A stretch of DNA of 63,723 bases, filler included, from Reclinomonas americana ATCC 50394 (lineage: Eukaryota): the NCBI GenBank assembly GCA_048213135.1. It is 15 parts of 15 records of this genome, joined end to end, with 100 filler letters (N's around TTAATTAATTAA, not from the genome) between each part and the next. Parts side by side here need not be neighbours in the genome. Positions count along the whole stretch, not along the records: positions 62,503 to 63,723 come from AFZH01018596.1; 14 more parts are not named here. One strand, written 5' to 3'. The translations under genes were made by a program, and so were the position numbers. Under the pieces are notes generated by a model that saw only the letters and a list, made by a program, of their open reading frames with translations, was not told the DNA's origin and did no database searches. Shown here one piece after another: positions 62,889 through 63,723 of this stretch. How positions within the stretch are numbered: the stretch's first letter is position 1; every line of letters starts with the position of its first letter.

Positions 62889-63723
62889 TGAGTGTGGTGT
62901 GGCGCAGAGTGAGGGAAAGCAGAGGGAAGGAGAGGGAAGGGAGAGAGAAGAGCGACAGAGAAAGAGAGATAGAGAGAGATAGAGAGAGAGGAAAGAGGGA
63001 GAGGGGGAGAGGGAGAAAGAGAGAGTAAGAGAGAGAAAGAGCGAATGGTGGAGGGAAGGGAGGCAGGAAGGGAGAGCGAGGGAGAGAGAAGAGTGAGTGA
63101 GAGGAAGGATGGAGAGCGAGAGAGGGAAAGGGGGAAGAGAGAGAGGGAGCACAGAGATGGGAAGAGAGAGACAGAGAAAGAGAGAGAGAATTAAGGAGAG
63201 TGTGTGTGTGTGAGGGAAGAGAAAGGGTGACAAAGAGGGGGGAGAGGAGAAGAGAGGGAAAGGGAGGCTCTCTTTCTCTCTCTCTCACACATTCACTGTC
63301 TGTCTCCGTTGCCCTCTCTCTTTCAGTCTCCCTTTCCCTCTTTTCTCTTCTCTCTCTCTCTCTCTCTCTGTTTCCTCTCTCAGCCTCCATTGCCCTTTCT
63401 CTGTGTCTCTCACTTTCTCTCATTCACTTCAGTCTCCTTCCCTCGCTCCCTCTCTCTCTCTCTCTGCTTCCCTGTCACTCCTTCCCTCTCACGCACTCTC
63501 TCTTTCACTCTCTGTCCCCTTTCTTCTCTCGCTCTTTTTCTCCTTCCGTCTTTCAGAATGAGAGAGTGTGTGTGTGAGAGAGAGAGAGTGACAGAAAGAG
63601 AGGAGGGAAGACAAATGGCTCTGAGTCTCTTTCACTCTCTCGGCTTTCCTTTCTCTCGCTCTCCGTTTCCATTCCGACGGAGAGAGAGAGAGAGGAGGAA
63701 TAGGAAGAGAGAGGAAAGGAAGA

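Overview
This is a draft scaffold of an intron-rich unicellular eukaryote, probably flagellated, using the standard genetic code. It has 15 contigs joined by 14 artificial 100-nt spacers (N44-TTAATTAATTAA-N44), and several genes continue across the gaps, so contig order looks real. Genes are densely packed and broken by short introns, mostly about 65-95 nt. Recognisable genes include a WD40 protein, a TKL-type kinase, a two-domain glycosyltransferase, a 3-beta-HSD-type SDR, a PLP aminotransferase (AADAT/Aro8), a Kv channel, INTS10-like, SUEL/EGF and IPT/TIG surface proteins, TMEM87/GPR107-like, acid-sphingomyelinase-like, SMG8, BBOF1-like, a lectin plus knottin-repeat secreted protein, and MED6. 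Two results stand out. First, about 40 manually spliced introns use a second 5' splice-site class, |GTT(G/T/A)(C/A/T)GT with G at +6 instead of +5, almost always after an exon ending in A, C or T. This looks like a +1-shifted donor register used as a major class. Second, an apparently intact, intron-rich CACTA/Plavaka-like (CMC) DDE transposase lies at about 3-8 kb, next to a divergent partner gene. All gene models are manual and lack transcript or database confirmation.
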